Assembly: GCA_964016885.1 (NCBI GenBank)
Contig: OZ024743.1
Coordinates: forward strand, 371,318,001 to 371,382,000
Source: Eledone cirrhosa
Taxonomy: Eukaryota
Length of the DNA stretch: 64,000 nucleotides
Direction: 5' to 3'
Position numbers and translations under genes: made by a program. Under the pieces are notes generated by a model. The model saw only the letters and a program-made list of their open reading frames with translations. It had not been told where the DNA came from and did not search any database. Below are positions 52,441-64,000 of the stretch, in pieces. Every line of letters begins with the position of its first letter. The first letter of the stretch is position 1.

Positions 52441-52979
52441 TCTGAAAGTATATACTTTCCTTATGCACATTAACGGCTGAGCAGCCTAATTTGCATATCG
52501 AGTGAGTTAATCGGCCAGGCGTACCGAGAACGATAAACGGAAAAAATGAAACTAAATTTCATTTCTCACTCTTAGTACGGCTGTTACTTAAATAAAAGTA
52601 TGTATACGTACATACATATATGTATACAGACGTACAGTAGTATGCAACGATGGTTGCTAAACACTGTACGGCTTAATTCGGGATGTTTGTTTACAAACAC
52701 ACCGAGCATTATAATAAATGTTCGGTAAATCCATACGTACATATATATGTGTGCATGTATGTATATATATATATACGTACTACTGTACGTCTGTATACAT
52801 ATATGTATGTACGTATACATACTTATATTTAAGTAACAGCCGTACTAAGAGTGAGAAATGAAATTTAGTTTCATTTTTTCCGTTTATCGTTTTCGGTGCG
52901 CCCGGCCGATTAATTCACTCGATATGCAAATTAGGCTGCTCAGCCGTTAATATGCATAAGGAAAGTATATACTTTCAGA

Positions 52980-53068
52980 CGTTCAACCATCTGACAGGAA
53001 GGTATACGGTGCTGATGATAGCTAATAAGCTTGAAACTAGTACATCGTTCCTTTGTCAGTGTTGAACG
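52980..53068 (+). ncRNA. Minimal type I hammerhead ribozyme motif (family A)
   Basis: CUGAUGA 53012-53018, GAAA 53033-53036, palindromic ACUAGU helix III, GUA site after 53042; long bulged stem I (acggug/caucgu, aagg/ccuu, cugaca/ugucag, cguucaac/guugaacg). Confidence 0.85.
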
Positions 53069-53421
53069 AAAGGGCAACGATGGTTGCTAAACACTGTATG
53101 GCTTAATTCGGGATATTTGTTTAGAAACACACCGAGCATTATAATAAATGTTCCGTAAATCCATACGTACATATATATGTGTGCATGTATGTATATATAT
53201 ATATATACATACTACTGTACGTTTGTATACATATATGTATGTACGTATACATACTTAATACAATTTGTTTTTGTTGATTTATGATGTATTATCTTAAGTC
53301 ATGATAGGCAAACTGTAATATTATTATTAGTATATTTCTATCTAGCTAACTTGGTCATTTACAATACAAACATAAATATGAGGATATTTGTGTTTATCAA
53401 ATATATTGATTTGTGTTAACC

Positions 53422-53455
<34 letters not shown>

Positions 53456-53629
53456 ATCATACATATATACACACGTACATACACACATATATACACGCAT
53501 ACATACGCACACACAAATATAGATATATGTACACACACCTACATACGCGCACACACAATTAATTATAAGAAAAAATATAATAATAAAAATAAAAATAAAT
53601 AAAAATATATATGTTTATGTGTGTATATA

Positions 53630-56457
53630 ACGAGACAATCACTTGATCACCTATAGATCAGGGGAACACGCCAGTCAGATAGATTATATCCGTACCAGAA
53701 GACGTGATAGAGTGTCTGTTGTAAACACTAAATCCCTCCCCCATGAAGAATGCACCTCCCAACATAGACTCATAGTTAGCGACCTCATAGTCAGGACAAG
53801 ACGTACTCGACAACAGAGGGGGGCTATCCTCAGGAGAAAAATATGGAAGCTAAAGGACCCCACAGCCAGTAATAAATTTAAAAGCATATTACATGATGCT
53901 TTCGACAGTAAGGAAGAGCAATTAGAGTCGTACAATATAGAGGAACAGTGGAAATTCCTGAAATCTAACCTGCTTAAGGCGGCAGATGAAGTCTGTGGCT
54001 GGAGCAGGCCTATAGGCAGGAGGAGAGTAACGTGGTGGTGGAACAGTAAGGTGGAGGAGTCAATTAAGGCCAAAAAGCAGGCTTGGAAAGTATGGCGGGA
54101 TGGGAGAAGTAGAGAAGACTATCAAGTGGCCAGGAGGGAAGCTAGGAGACAAGTCTACTTCACAAGAAGGGAAGCAGAGGAAAGAAAGTTTAAGCATGTT
54201 CGACAACGTGAGGACCCAAAATGTGAGGTGTTCAGGATTACTAGGCAATGTGTCAAGGAAAACCGTGATATTGTCGGGGAGAAGTGTGTCCTTAATGATG
54301 ATGGTGTACTTGCCATCACTGACGCTGATAAGAAGGTAGCTTGGAAGTGTCACTACGAAAGGCTACTAAATGAGGAGAATAATTGGGAGAAAGACAGCCT
54401 CCTCCACATCGATCCAATAGAGGGACCAGCAGTGCTAGTTGAAGGTAGTATAATAAGTAAGGCAATCAAAGATATGAAGACGGGCAAGGCGGCTGGGCCT
54501 TCGGAAATAGTTGCTGAAATGCTGAAAGCATCTGGAATGGTGGGACACACTATGGTCACCCGGATAGTAAACCAAGTCATACAGAATGGGGTTGTTCCAA
54601 AGGACTGGCGTAGCATCATTGTTAACTGTTACAAGGGTAAAGGAGATGCCCTAGATAGGGGTAACTATAGAGGCATTAAATTAATCAACCAGGTCATTAA
54701 GGTCACAGAAAAAGTAATAGTGCAACTAATCAGAGAGCGAATTGATCTAGATGAAATGCAGTTCGGGTTTGTGTCAGGTAAAAGTACTGCAGACGCTCTT
54801 TTCATTGTACAACAACTACAGGAGAAGTACCTAGCTAAAAGTAAACCCCTATACTTAGCTTTTGTTGACTTGGAGAAAGCCTTTGACAGAGTCCCCCGTT
54901 CCATTATCTGGTGGGCTCTTAGAAAATTAGGTGTTGATGAATGGCTTGTGAGAGCTATACAAGCCATGTATAAAGAAACAGTCAGCAAGGTTAGAATTAA
55001 CAACGAATATAGTGAAGAGTTTAGCGAAAAAGTTGGTGTTCATCAGGGCTCCGTTCTTAGCCCCCTACTATTTATTATTGCCCTTCAGGCTATAACAGAG
55101 GAGTTCAAGACCGGCTGCCCATGGGAACTCCTATAAGCAGATGATCTAACGCTCATAGCTGAATCAATGGCTGAACTAGAGAAGAAATTCCAAACATGGA
55201 AGCATGGCCTAGAATCAAAAGGCCTTAAAGTTAATTTATCTCAGACTAAAGTTCTAGTTTGTAGGAAGGAAAATAGGGCACCGGTCCAATCTGGGAAATG
55301 GCCATGCTCAGTGTGCAGGAAAGGAGTAGGCAGAAACTCCATTTTATGTCCCAAATGCGAAGTATGGGTGCATAAAAGATGTAGTGGGATCACAGGTAAG
55401 CTAACTAAGAATATAGATTTTACATGTAGCCGGTGCTCTGGTGCAATAAGTAGCAGCAAGTGCCCACAAAATACTAGCTCATTCCACTGCACAGATGGTT
55501 CTATAGAAATAGTGGACACCTTCCGTTGCCTGGGTGACAAAATCAGCAGTGGGGGAGGGTGCTCTGAAAGTACAGTAGCTAGAGTCAGAACGGGATGGAA
55601 AAAGTTCAGAGAGCTTATACCACTATTAGCCGCTAAAGGGTTCTCCCTAAAAATGAAAGGCAGGTTGTATGATGCCTGCATACGAACAGCAATGTTGCAT
55701 GGCAGTGAGACCTGGGCATTGTGTGCAGAGGATATACGCAGACTGGAGAGGAACGAAGCTTGCATGCTCCGCTAGATGTGTAATAGTAATATACATGAAC
55801 GGCAAAGCATAAACGAACTAAGGGAGAAATTAGGAATAAGAGGGATCAGATGCTGTTTACGCGAGAGAAGACTACGTTGGTATGGTCACGTGATGCGCAT
55901 GAAAGACGACAGCTGTATAAAAAAGTGCAGGGCGATAAAAATAGATGGTAGCCACGGAGTAGGCAGACCCAGAAAAACCTGGGACGACTTGATAAATTCC
56001 GACCTCACACACTTACACCTCTCCAAGACAATGTCACTGGACCGAGATCTTTGGCATTACACAGTAATACAGAAGACCCGCCTTGCCTAAGTACAAAGCG
56101 AAACCTACAGTCAGTAGGCACCTCTAACAAAAATACACCCCTGTCCCACTACCCACACCCCATCCACACCACACCTTTCAATGTAAAGTTATGTTGGTAC
56201 AACAACATCCAGTCCGAAACAAATGAGGCCGTGTAGGTGTCACGACAAAAAAAACACACAGTCCACGCTGTAATGTGGCTGTGTAGGTAACACGGTAAAA
56301 ACCTCCGGTTGGTGTTAGGAAGGGTATCCAGCCGTAGAAAACCTATAGAAGTCCTATACGAGCAAGACAACCAATCTTGCCTCAAATGGGAAAACTCCCG
56401 TCCAAACCCATGCAAGCGTGGAAGATGGACGTTAAACGATGATGATGATGATGATGA
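53630..56457 (+). mobile_element. Young RTE with 5' truncation inside EN; one reading frame with two nonsense changes
   Basis: ORFs 53643, 55167 and 55776 share a frame; TAA replaces the Tyr of YADD (55134-55136); TAG replaces a Trp (55773-55775). Confidence 0.95.
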
Positions 56458-56599
56458 GAGTGATTTAATGCTTATTTTCATTGATCATTTGCTCCAGGAA
56501 CTTGTTGACTGCTCTAAATCAGCTATAAACATGTATACCCTTATCTATTTATTTATTATTTGTCGTATTCCCTACTATTTGTTTACCCCTTTCACCTTT

Positions 56600-56633
<34 letters not shown>

Positions 56634-56944
56634 TTAAGAGTTAAAAGGGGGTCAATGAATACATCTAAGAATGAGTTTTACACACATACATGTGTGTGTA
56701 TGTATTTATATGTGTGTGTGTATATGTATATATATATTTATATATATATGTGTGTGTATGTATGTGTATATATATGTGTATGTGTATGTATGTGTATGTG
56801 TGTGTATGTATTTATTTATATGTATGTATGCGTATTGCTTACCACGTGTGTTTGTTCATTTATTTGTTTCTTGTATCGCTGTCAACTTTATAATAATTTT
56901 TACATTTATTTTTATTCTTATGTGACAGCCTATATGGTTGTCTA

Positions 56945-57395
56945 TTGTTTTTTATTTTTATTATAATTAATTGTATGTGCGCGTATGTAGGTGTGTGTAC
57001 ATATATCTATATTTGTGTGTACGTATGTATGCGTGTATGTGTGTATATATGTATAATTATGTGTATATATATATATGTGTGTGTTTGTGTATTTGTGTGT
57101 ATGTGTATGTATGGATATGTGGATATATATGTGTGTATGTATGTATATGTATGTGTACGTGTATGTATATGTATATATGTGTGTGTATGTATATGTGTGC
57201 GTGTGTGTTTATTTTTCCTTTCCTTCTTCCTTTTCTAGCCTCACTTTCATATAGATTATATTTTTGTTTTTAAAATCCAATGTCAATAAATACACCAGGA
57301 TTTTTTCATTCTGATGATTGAAAGCAAATTTTGTTTGCTTTCAAGAAACCACTGGTAAATGAAATAATTACCTTATGTTGTTTATTACATAACTA
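56945..57395 (+). mobile_element. Microsatellite-rich non-coding hammerhead-bearing element (family B)
   Basis: An inverted second copy is split into 53425-53600, 52090-52250 and 50687-50940. Confidence 0.72.
57304..57364 (+). ncRNA. Type I hammerhead ribozyme motif (family B)
   Basis: Stem I uuucauu/aaugaaa, CUGAUGA 57311-57317, perfect 11-bp stem II, GAAA 57345-57348, helix III ACC-acu-GGU, GUA site after 57357. Confidence 0.88.
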
Positions 57396-57440
57396 TATAT
57401 ATATATATATACATACATACATACATATGTATATATACAC

Positions 57441-60400
57441 ATATCATCATCATCATTATTTTATGTCCACTTTTCCTTGCTTGCAAGGGAGGAATGGGTC
57501 CTCTTCAGCACAGCATCTCTCCATTTGTCACAGCCCTTCATCATCTCCTCTGTGAGTTTCAGTGATCTGAGGTCAGCTCTCACCACATCCGCCCAAGTTT
57601 TCCATGGTCTTCCTTCCACTGGGATTACATGGCACTTCTTCACCCAGCAGTCATCATCCATGCGCATCACATGGTCATACGAACGTAGTCTTCTCTCCTG
57701 CACACTACAGTTTATTCCTCTTATACACAGTTTCTCTCTCAATTTGTCCATGCTTGGTTGTTTAAGCACATTGACATTGCACATCTATCAGAGCATGCTT
57801 GCTTCATTTCTCTCCCGCCTTCGCATATCCTCTGCAGTGGCTGCCCATGTCTCACTATCATGCAGCATGATGCATCTCACACAGGCATTGTCAACAGAGG
57901 AAGCAGCTCCCTAAACTTCTTCTATCCTGTCCTTATTCTAGATACTATGGTCTCGGAGCATCCCCCTCCCTTGGTAATTTGATCACCTAGATAACAGAAG
58001 CTATCAACCACCTCTATAGATCCTACTTGCACTTGAAAAATGTGCTTATCACTGACACTTCTACTATCAATTTTCCCTGAACATCTACTACATACAAAGT
58101 TTTCCATTCCTGTTAGTTTGCCTGCTATCCCACTACAACTCTTGTGTATCCAAGATCTGCATTGTGTACATTCTATAGAGTTCATACCAACTCTTTTTCT
58201 ACATATCGAGCATGGCCATTTCCCTAATGGAATCAGAGTCTTGTCCTCTTTCCTACTTATCACTACTTTAGTCTTGCTAGGTTAACTCTTAGTCGCTTTT
58301 ATTCCAACTACTATTTCCACTGTCAGAATTTATTCTCTAGCTCCTCTACTGATTCTACTATAAGTACCAGATCGTCAGCATAGAGAAATTCCCATGAGCA
58401 GCCAGTCGTAAACTCCTCTCTTATGACTTGGAGAACTATAATGAATAAAAGTGGCCTGAGGACCAAATCCTAATGAACTCCTACTTGTATCTGGAATTCC
58501 TCACTAAACTCCATTCCTACTCTCACTTTACTAACAGCTCCCCTGTACATAGCTTGCACTGTCCTCACAAGCCATTCCTCTACACCTAATTTCCTTAGGG
58601 ACCACCAGGTGACAGATTGGGGTACTCTATCAGAGGCCTTCTCTAGGTCAACAAAAGCTAAATATAGTGGCTTATTCTTCTCTAAGAACCTCCCTAAAAA
58701 GAAGGCATTTGTTGTACTTTTCCTGGGCACAAAACCAAACTGCACCTCACCTAATTTGACTCTTTCTCTAATTAGTTGTGTTAGCACTCTTTCTGTCATT
58801 TTCATAACCTGATCCATCAGTTTTATACCCCTTTACCTTTGTAGCAATTAACAAGTATACTGCTGCACCAGTCTTTGGGTATGACTCCGCCATATATAAC
58901 TTGACTATGCGTGTAACTAGTTTAGTTCCTACTTTTCCTGATGCCTTTAATATCTCAGCGACTATGCCTGACAGACCAGTGGCCTTACCACTTTTCATGT
59001 CTTTAATTGCTTCTTTGACTCTATAGTCGTCAACCTCAATATCAGGTCCCTCTGTTGGGTCTGCTGGAGATAGTTTCTCTCTCTTCCATTCATCAGTCTC
59101 TCATAGTGACATTTCCAAGTCTCCTTTTTATGAGCATCAGCAACGCTAAGTGCACCAGCATCATTTCGGGCACACTTATCTCCAACAACATCCTGATTTA
59201 CACTGACACACTGCCCTACAATATGAAACATCTCACATCGCAAAACATTAGCAAACCTCCTACTCTCAGCTTCCCTTCATGCTATGTACACTTGATGCCT
59301 AGCCTCTCTTTTAGCAGCTGAGTACCGGTCTCTACTCCCGCCAGTTTTCCAATCCTTCCATGCTTGTCTTGTCTTTAATGACTCCATCTACCATGCTGTT
59401 CCACCACCAAGTCCCCATCTGTCTCTTCAGTTGCATGCAGTAGGTTGTTGCATAAGAACTTCCAATTGTCTTCTATATCATATAATTCTAATTCGTCTTC
59501 TATATCATATAATTATAATTCGTCTTCTCTCTCCTCATACACATCCTATAGGGCTTTCCTAAACCTATATATAAGTGAAAGGTGCTTCCTTTTCCATACC
59601 TTCCTGCATGTCTCATTCTGATTGAAATGTCACTAATGACTAACCTATGTGTGTGTGTGTGTGGGGGGGGGGGGCATTCTTCCCAGGGTATGCCTTAGTA
59701 TTTGTAACCATCTGTCTGTCTCATTCCCTAACTAGCAAGAAGTCAATCTGGCTTATGTGCTTGCCTGATTGGTAGGTGATTAGGTGATTGGCAGGTTTCC
59801 TGAAGTTAGTGTTGCAAAGGGTTAGTTCACTTGCATCACAAAATTCAAGAAGCCTCACTCCTCCTTCGTTTCCATAACCATAACCAGCATGTACCCCAGT
59901 GTATCCATCCTGTAGCTGCCCAACATGACCATTGAAGTCACCTGCTAGTATGACTAGGTCTGTCCTCTGTCACTATAGTTGTCTGTAGAAGTTGCTTGTA
60001 AAAGCGGTTCTTCACCTAGGCCCACTTGGGGAGCATAGGTAGAGATAATCGTCAGCAGTCTATTGCCTACAGCTAATCTAATCTTGATGATTCTATTACT
60101 TTCTCTAACTACATCTATTGTCTTGTTAATCCACTTCTTGGCCAGTAAAATGCCTACCCTACCTATCCCATCATCGTTTCCTACCCAGAAAAAGTTATAG
60201 CTCAGCTGTTGGCCTATGATTAGCCTTGCTGAGCCACTTCTCCATCTCACCTCTTGCACCCAGCACACATCCACGTTATGCACAGCCATAACATGGTTAG
60301 TGTTATTACTGTTTACTTAGTTATTGTTATAATATTTGTATTTTGTCTTCATAATTTGGTATTAATAATATATTGGTTGGATGCCCATCCTATCACCAGC

Positions 60401-60500
60401 ACTAGGGAAGTTGTCTTACTGGACTTAGGGGCATTCTCCACCCCACACAAATTTATTTGGAGTAGTTGATCTTCTAGACGGGTTGTTACATTAGCCTTTT
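57441..60500 (-). mobile_element. Near-full-length decayed RTE
   Basis: VDVCWVQEVRW and ISTYAPQ (EN); FVDLEKA; PHD-type finger; tail. Confidence 0.9.
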
Positions 60501-61089
60501 GTTCTTCCAGCTAAAATCTCTATTTCTCCTCCACACTACAACTTCAGACTTCATAACATGCTTCCTCTCTATTTTCCTCTCCTGTCGGCCAGAACTTTTT
60601 TCATCGCTCTCTCACTTCGTTCTTCTTTCATACTGAATTAGAATCTTCAAGAAAAAACAAGTGAAACCCTCCTATTGCATTGTATACTCTCATTTCCTTC
60701 ACTTCAGGCTTCATAACATGCTACCCTTGTATTCTCTTCTCTTATCGGTGTCATTCTCCATTTTCCTGCCCTCCCATCCTCACACACCACCATACTCACC
60801 TAGACCAATCAAAACAAAGCAGTGCAAACATTTTGTAATTGTTTACTGAATATCTATCGCCATTACTACTACTACTACTAATTCTACTACCGTCATCTAT
60901 GGACCTGAGTATTGTTCTGTATGGGAACTGGAGTACAAAGCTAAGGATGAATATAAACACACCATCTGTCTCTGGACGACCAGGCGAATGCTCTTCTCTA
61001 TTTGAGATACAGAAAACCATCACAAATCCATCTTCCACTACCCCTCACAAGTTTCAATCTTCTTCCTCTCACTTTTCCAGTGAACTTCA

Positions 61090-64000
61090 TAACTGTACCA
61101 TCAATGTAGGCACAATGAAAGGGAGATCAGGAGAAATTGTAGAGATGCTTGAACGAAAGAAAATCAATTATGCTGTCTACAAGAGACCAGATGGAGGGGG
61201 TATTTCAGCTAAATTCCTTGTGGACAAAAAAACGGGTTATAGTAGCAGAAAAGTGGGTAGAAAAGGTATTTGTTGTAAATAGAGTGAAGGTTAGAATCAT
61301 CAAACTTAGACTAGTACAAAATAAAACAACTGTAACGATTATATCTGCATATGCACTTCAATCAGGAGTGTCAGATGGACAAAAAGAAAGGTTCTATGAA
61401 TCACTAATGCACATAACCTCATAAATAAACAACGGGGACTTCATAATCATCGCTAGTGACTTCAATGGGCATGTTGGGCAATTCTGTGACGGCTTCAAAA
61501 GGATCCACAGAGGTCAAGAATTTGGTGCTAAAAATGAGGAAGGTTCAAGGCTTCTGGAATTCTGTGATGCCAATGATCTATCTATAACACAAACTTTAAA
61601 AAAAACCGAACAATCCCTTCATCATCTATAGATAAGGTGAGCATGCCAGCCAGATAGATTTTATCGTTTCCAGAAAACGACAGAGTGACAGTTGTAAACA
61701 CAAAATCCCTCCCTGGTGAAGAATGTCCCTCCCAACATAACCTAATAGTTAGTGACCTTATAGTTAGGGCTAGACAAACTCAATGACAGAGGACAACCTT
61801 GAAGAGAAGAATATGGAAGTTAAAGGACCCCACAGCAAGTGGCAAATTTTGAGGTATGTTGCTTGATGCTTTTGACAGTAAGGAAGAACAAATAGAGAAA
61901 TACAATACAAAGGAGCAGTGGGAATTCCTGAAAGATAACCTACAGAAGATGACAAATGAAATCTGTGGTTGGAGTAGGTCTCTAGGGAGAAGTAGAGTGA
62001 CTTGGTGGAACAGTAAAGTGGAGGTGACAATTAAAGCCAAAAGACAGGCATGGAAAGAATGGCAGAACGAGGTAACTAGAGAGCACTGCCAGGATGCTAG
62101 GAGATAAGCTAGGTGACAGGTATACTTTGCAAGAAGGGAAGCAGAAAATTAGAAATTTAAACATGTTCTACAATGCGAAGGCCAAAGGCGTAAGGTGTTC
62201 AGGATTGCAAGGTAGTGTATCAGGGAAAATTGCGATGTTGATGGAGAGAAGTGTGTCTGAGAAGATAATGGTGTTCTTGCACTCTCTGACACTGAAAAGA
62301 AGGTAGCATAGAAGTGCCCCTATGAAAGACTACTGAATGAGGAGAATGGACGGGAAGATAGTTTGCCCCAAGTGAACCCAACAGAGGGACCGGTGGTACA
62401 AGTGAGTAGTAGTATAGTAAGTAAAGCAATCAAGGATATGAAGACAGTCAAAGCAGCTGGACTTTCTGGGATAGTTGCCAAGATGCTGAAAGCATCAGGG
62501 ATGGTGGGTCACACCCTAACCATTCATATTTTAAACCAAGTAATACAAAATGGTGTCATACCCAATGATTGGTGTAGCAACAGCATAGTCAACTATTACA
62601 AAGGCAAAGAAGATGCCCTAGACAGAAAACTATAAAGGCATCAAATGGATTGACGAAGTCATGAAGGTTACAGAAAGAGTTATAGCACAGCTAATCAGAG
62701 ACTGAGTTAAGCTAGATGAGATGCAGTTCAGATTTGTGCCAAGTAGAAGTACCACGGATGCTCTCTTCCTTGTTAGGCAAGTACCTAAGTAAACCCCTAC
62801 ACTTGGCATTCGTGAACCTGGAGAAAGCTTTTGACAAAGTCCTCCTGTTTCGTTATCTGGTGGGCTGTTAGAAAACTAGGAGTAGATGAGTGGCTTGTGA
62901 AGGCTGTACATGCCATGTATATAGAGGAACAGTCAGCAAGGTTAGAATTAACAATGACTATAGAGAAGAATTTAGCTTGCAGGTAGGAGTACATCAAGGC
63001 TCCATTCTCAGCCCTCTCCTGTTTATTATCATCCTGCAGGCTATTACAGAAGAGTTTAAAACAGGCTGCCATGGGAGCTTCAGTATGCCGATGATCTAAC
63101 CCTCATAGCTGAATCTATGGTAGATCTAGAGAAGAAATTCCAAACCTGGAAGCAAGACCTAGAATTTAATGGTCTTGAAGTCAACCTGACAAAGACCAAA
63201 GTCCTAGTATGTAGAAAGGATAACGACCCAAATTCCCCAGGGAAATGGCCTTGCTTAGTGTGCAGGAAAGGTATAGGTAAAAACTCCATCCTATGTCCCA
63301 AATGCAAACTATGGGTACACAAGAATTTAGTGGGATTTCGGATAGGCTAGCAAAAACATGGGTTTTATATGTGGTTGTTGCACAGATGCAGTAAGTAGCA
63401 ACAACCTACAGGATACTAACTCCTTTAAATGCCCAGAGGATGTGGTAGAAGTAGTTGATAGTTTCTGTTACCTTGGCAAACAAATTAGCAGTGGATGTGG
63501 ATATTCCAAAAGTACTATAGCTAGAGTAAGAACGGGATGGAGAAAGTTCAAGGAGCTTCTACTGTTGCTAACCGCAAAAAGTTTTTCCCTCAGAATGAAG
63601 GGCAGATTATATGATGCGTGTATACGAACAGCAATGTTGCATGGCAGTATGACCTGGACACTGTGTGCAGAAGACCTATGAAGATTGGAAAGAAATGAAG
63701 CTTCCATGCTTTGATAGATTTGTTATAGTAATATACATGATCAGCAAAGCATAAATTAACTGGGAGAGAAACTGAGCATAAAAGATATCAGATGCAGTGT
63801 GCTGGAGAGGAGATATGGATATGTGATGCGTATGAAAGATGACAGCTATATAAAAAGGTGCAGAGCATTCAAAGTTGATGAAAGCTATGGTGTAGGAAGA
63901 GCTAGGATGAGGTGATAAAAGCTGACTTTGTATAATTGCACCTTACAAAGGTGATGACACAGGACTGAAACCTCTGGCATTATGCAGTAATACAGAAGAC
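61090..64000 (+). mobile_element. Decayed near-full-length RTE running to the window end
   Basis: TINVGTMKGRSGEIVEML, ISAYA, HQGSILSP, PHD remnant, KGRLYDACIRTAML. Confidence 0.9.

Larger units (their letters stand above)
52251..53256. mobile_element. ORF-less hammerhead-bearing repeat (retrozyme / Penelope pseudo-LTR-like), ~430-nt unit in partial tandem plus an inverted copy
   Basis: Direct repeat 52644-52825 = 53074-53255; inverted repeat 52272-52642 versus 52779-53149. Confidence 0.8.

Noticed and set aside
60410-60520. Candidate upstream FAM114A exon
   Set aside because: Matches the RTE 5' UTR seen at 13100-13195

Overview
AT-rich, microsatellite-dense eukaryotic DNA. The repeat families suggest a cephalopod such as Octopus, which is an inference only. 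One host gene is present: nine coding exons of a FAM114A1/A2 (Noxp20-family) gene on the minus strand (43306 down to the stop at 32447, about 373 aa, all GT-AG with matching phases). No further exon was found, so its 5' end probably lies beyond the window and 43307-64000 is probably one large intron. The rest is mostly transposable elements: more than a dozen RTE-clade LINE copies with (GAT)n tails, two Penelope-like elements plus a remnant, a CR1-type fragment, two maT (Tc1/mariner DD37D-type) elements, a Buster/Charlie hAT, tRNA-derived SINEs, piggyBac-type MITEs, a probable non-autonomous Helitron and several fold-back elements. Highlights: (1) five type I hammerhead ribozyme motifs with intact cores from three unrelated families, plus several decayed ones, including an ORF-less ~430-nt tandem-plus-inverted retrozyme/pseudo-LTR-like element, with two motifs in sense within the probable host intron; (2) a C4HC3 PHD-type finger inserted inside the reverse transcriptase of the dominant RTE family; (3) a transposon end that appears to supply the branch point of a host intron; (4) a perfect 358-bp spacerless palindrome. 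All calls are by eye and no database search was run.
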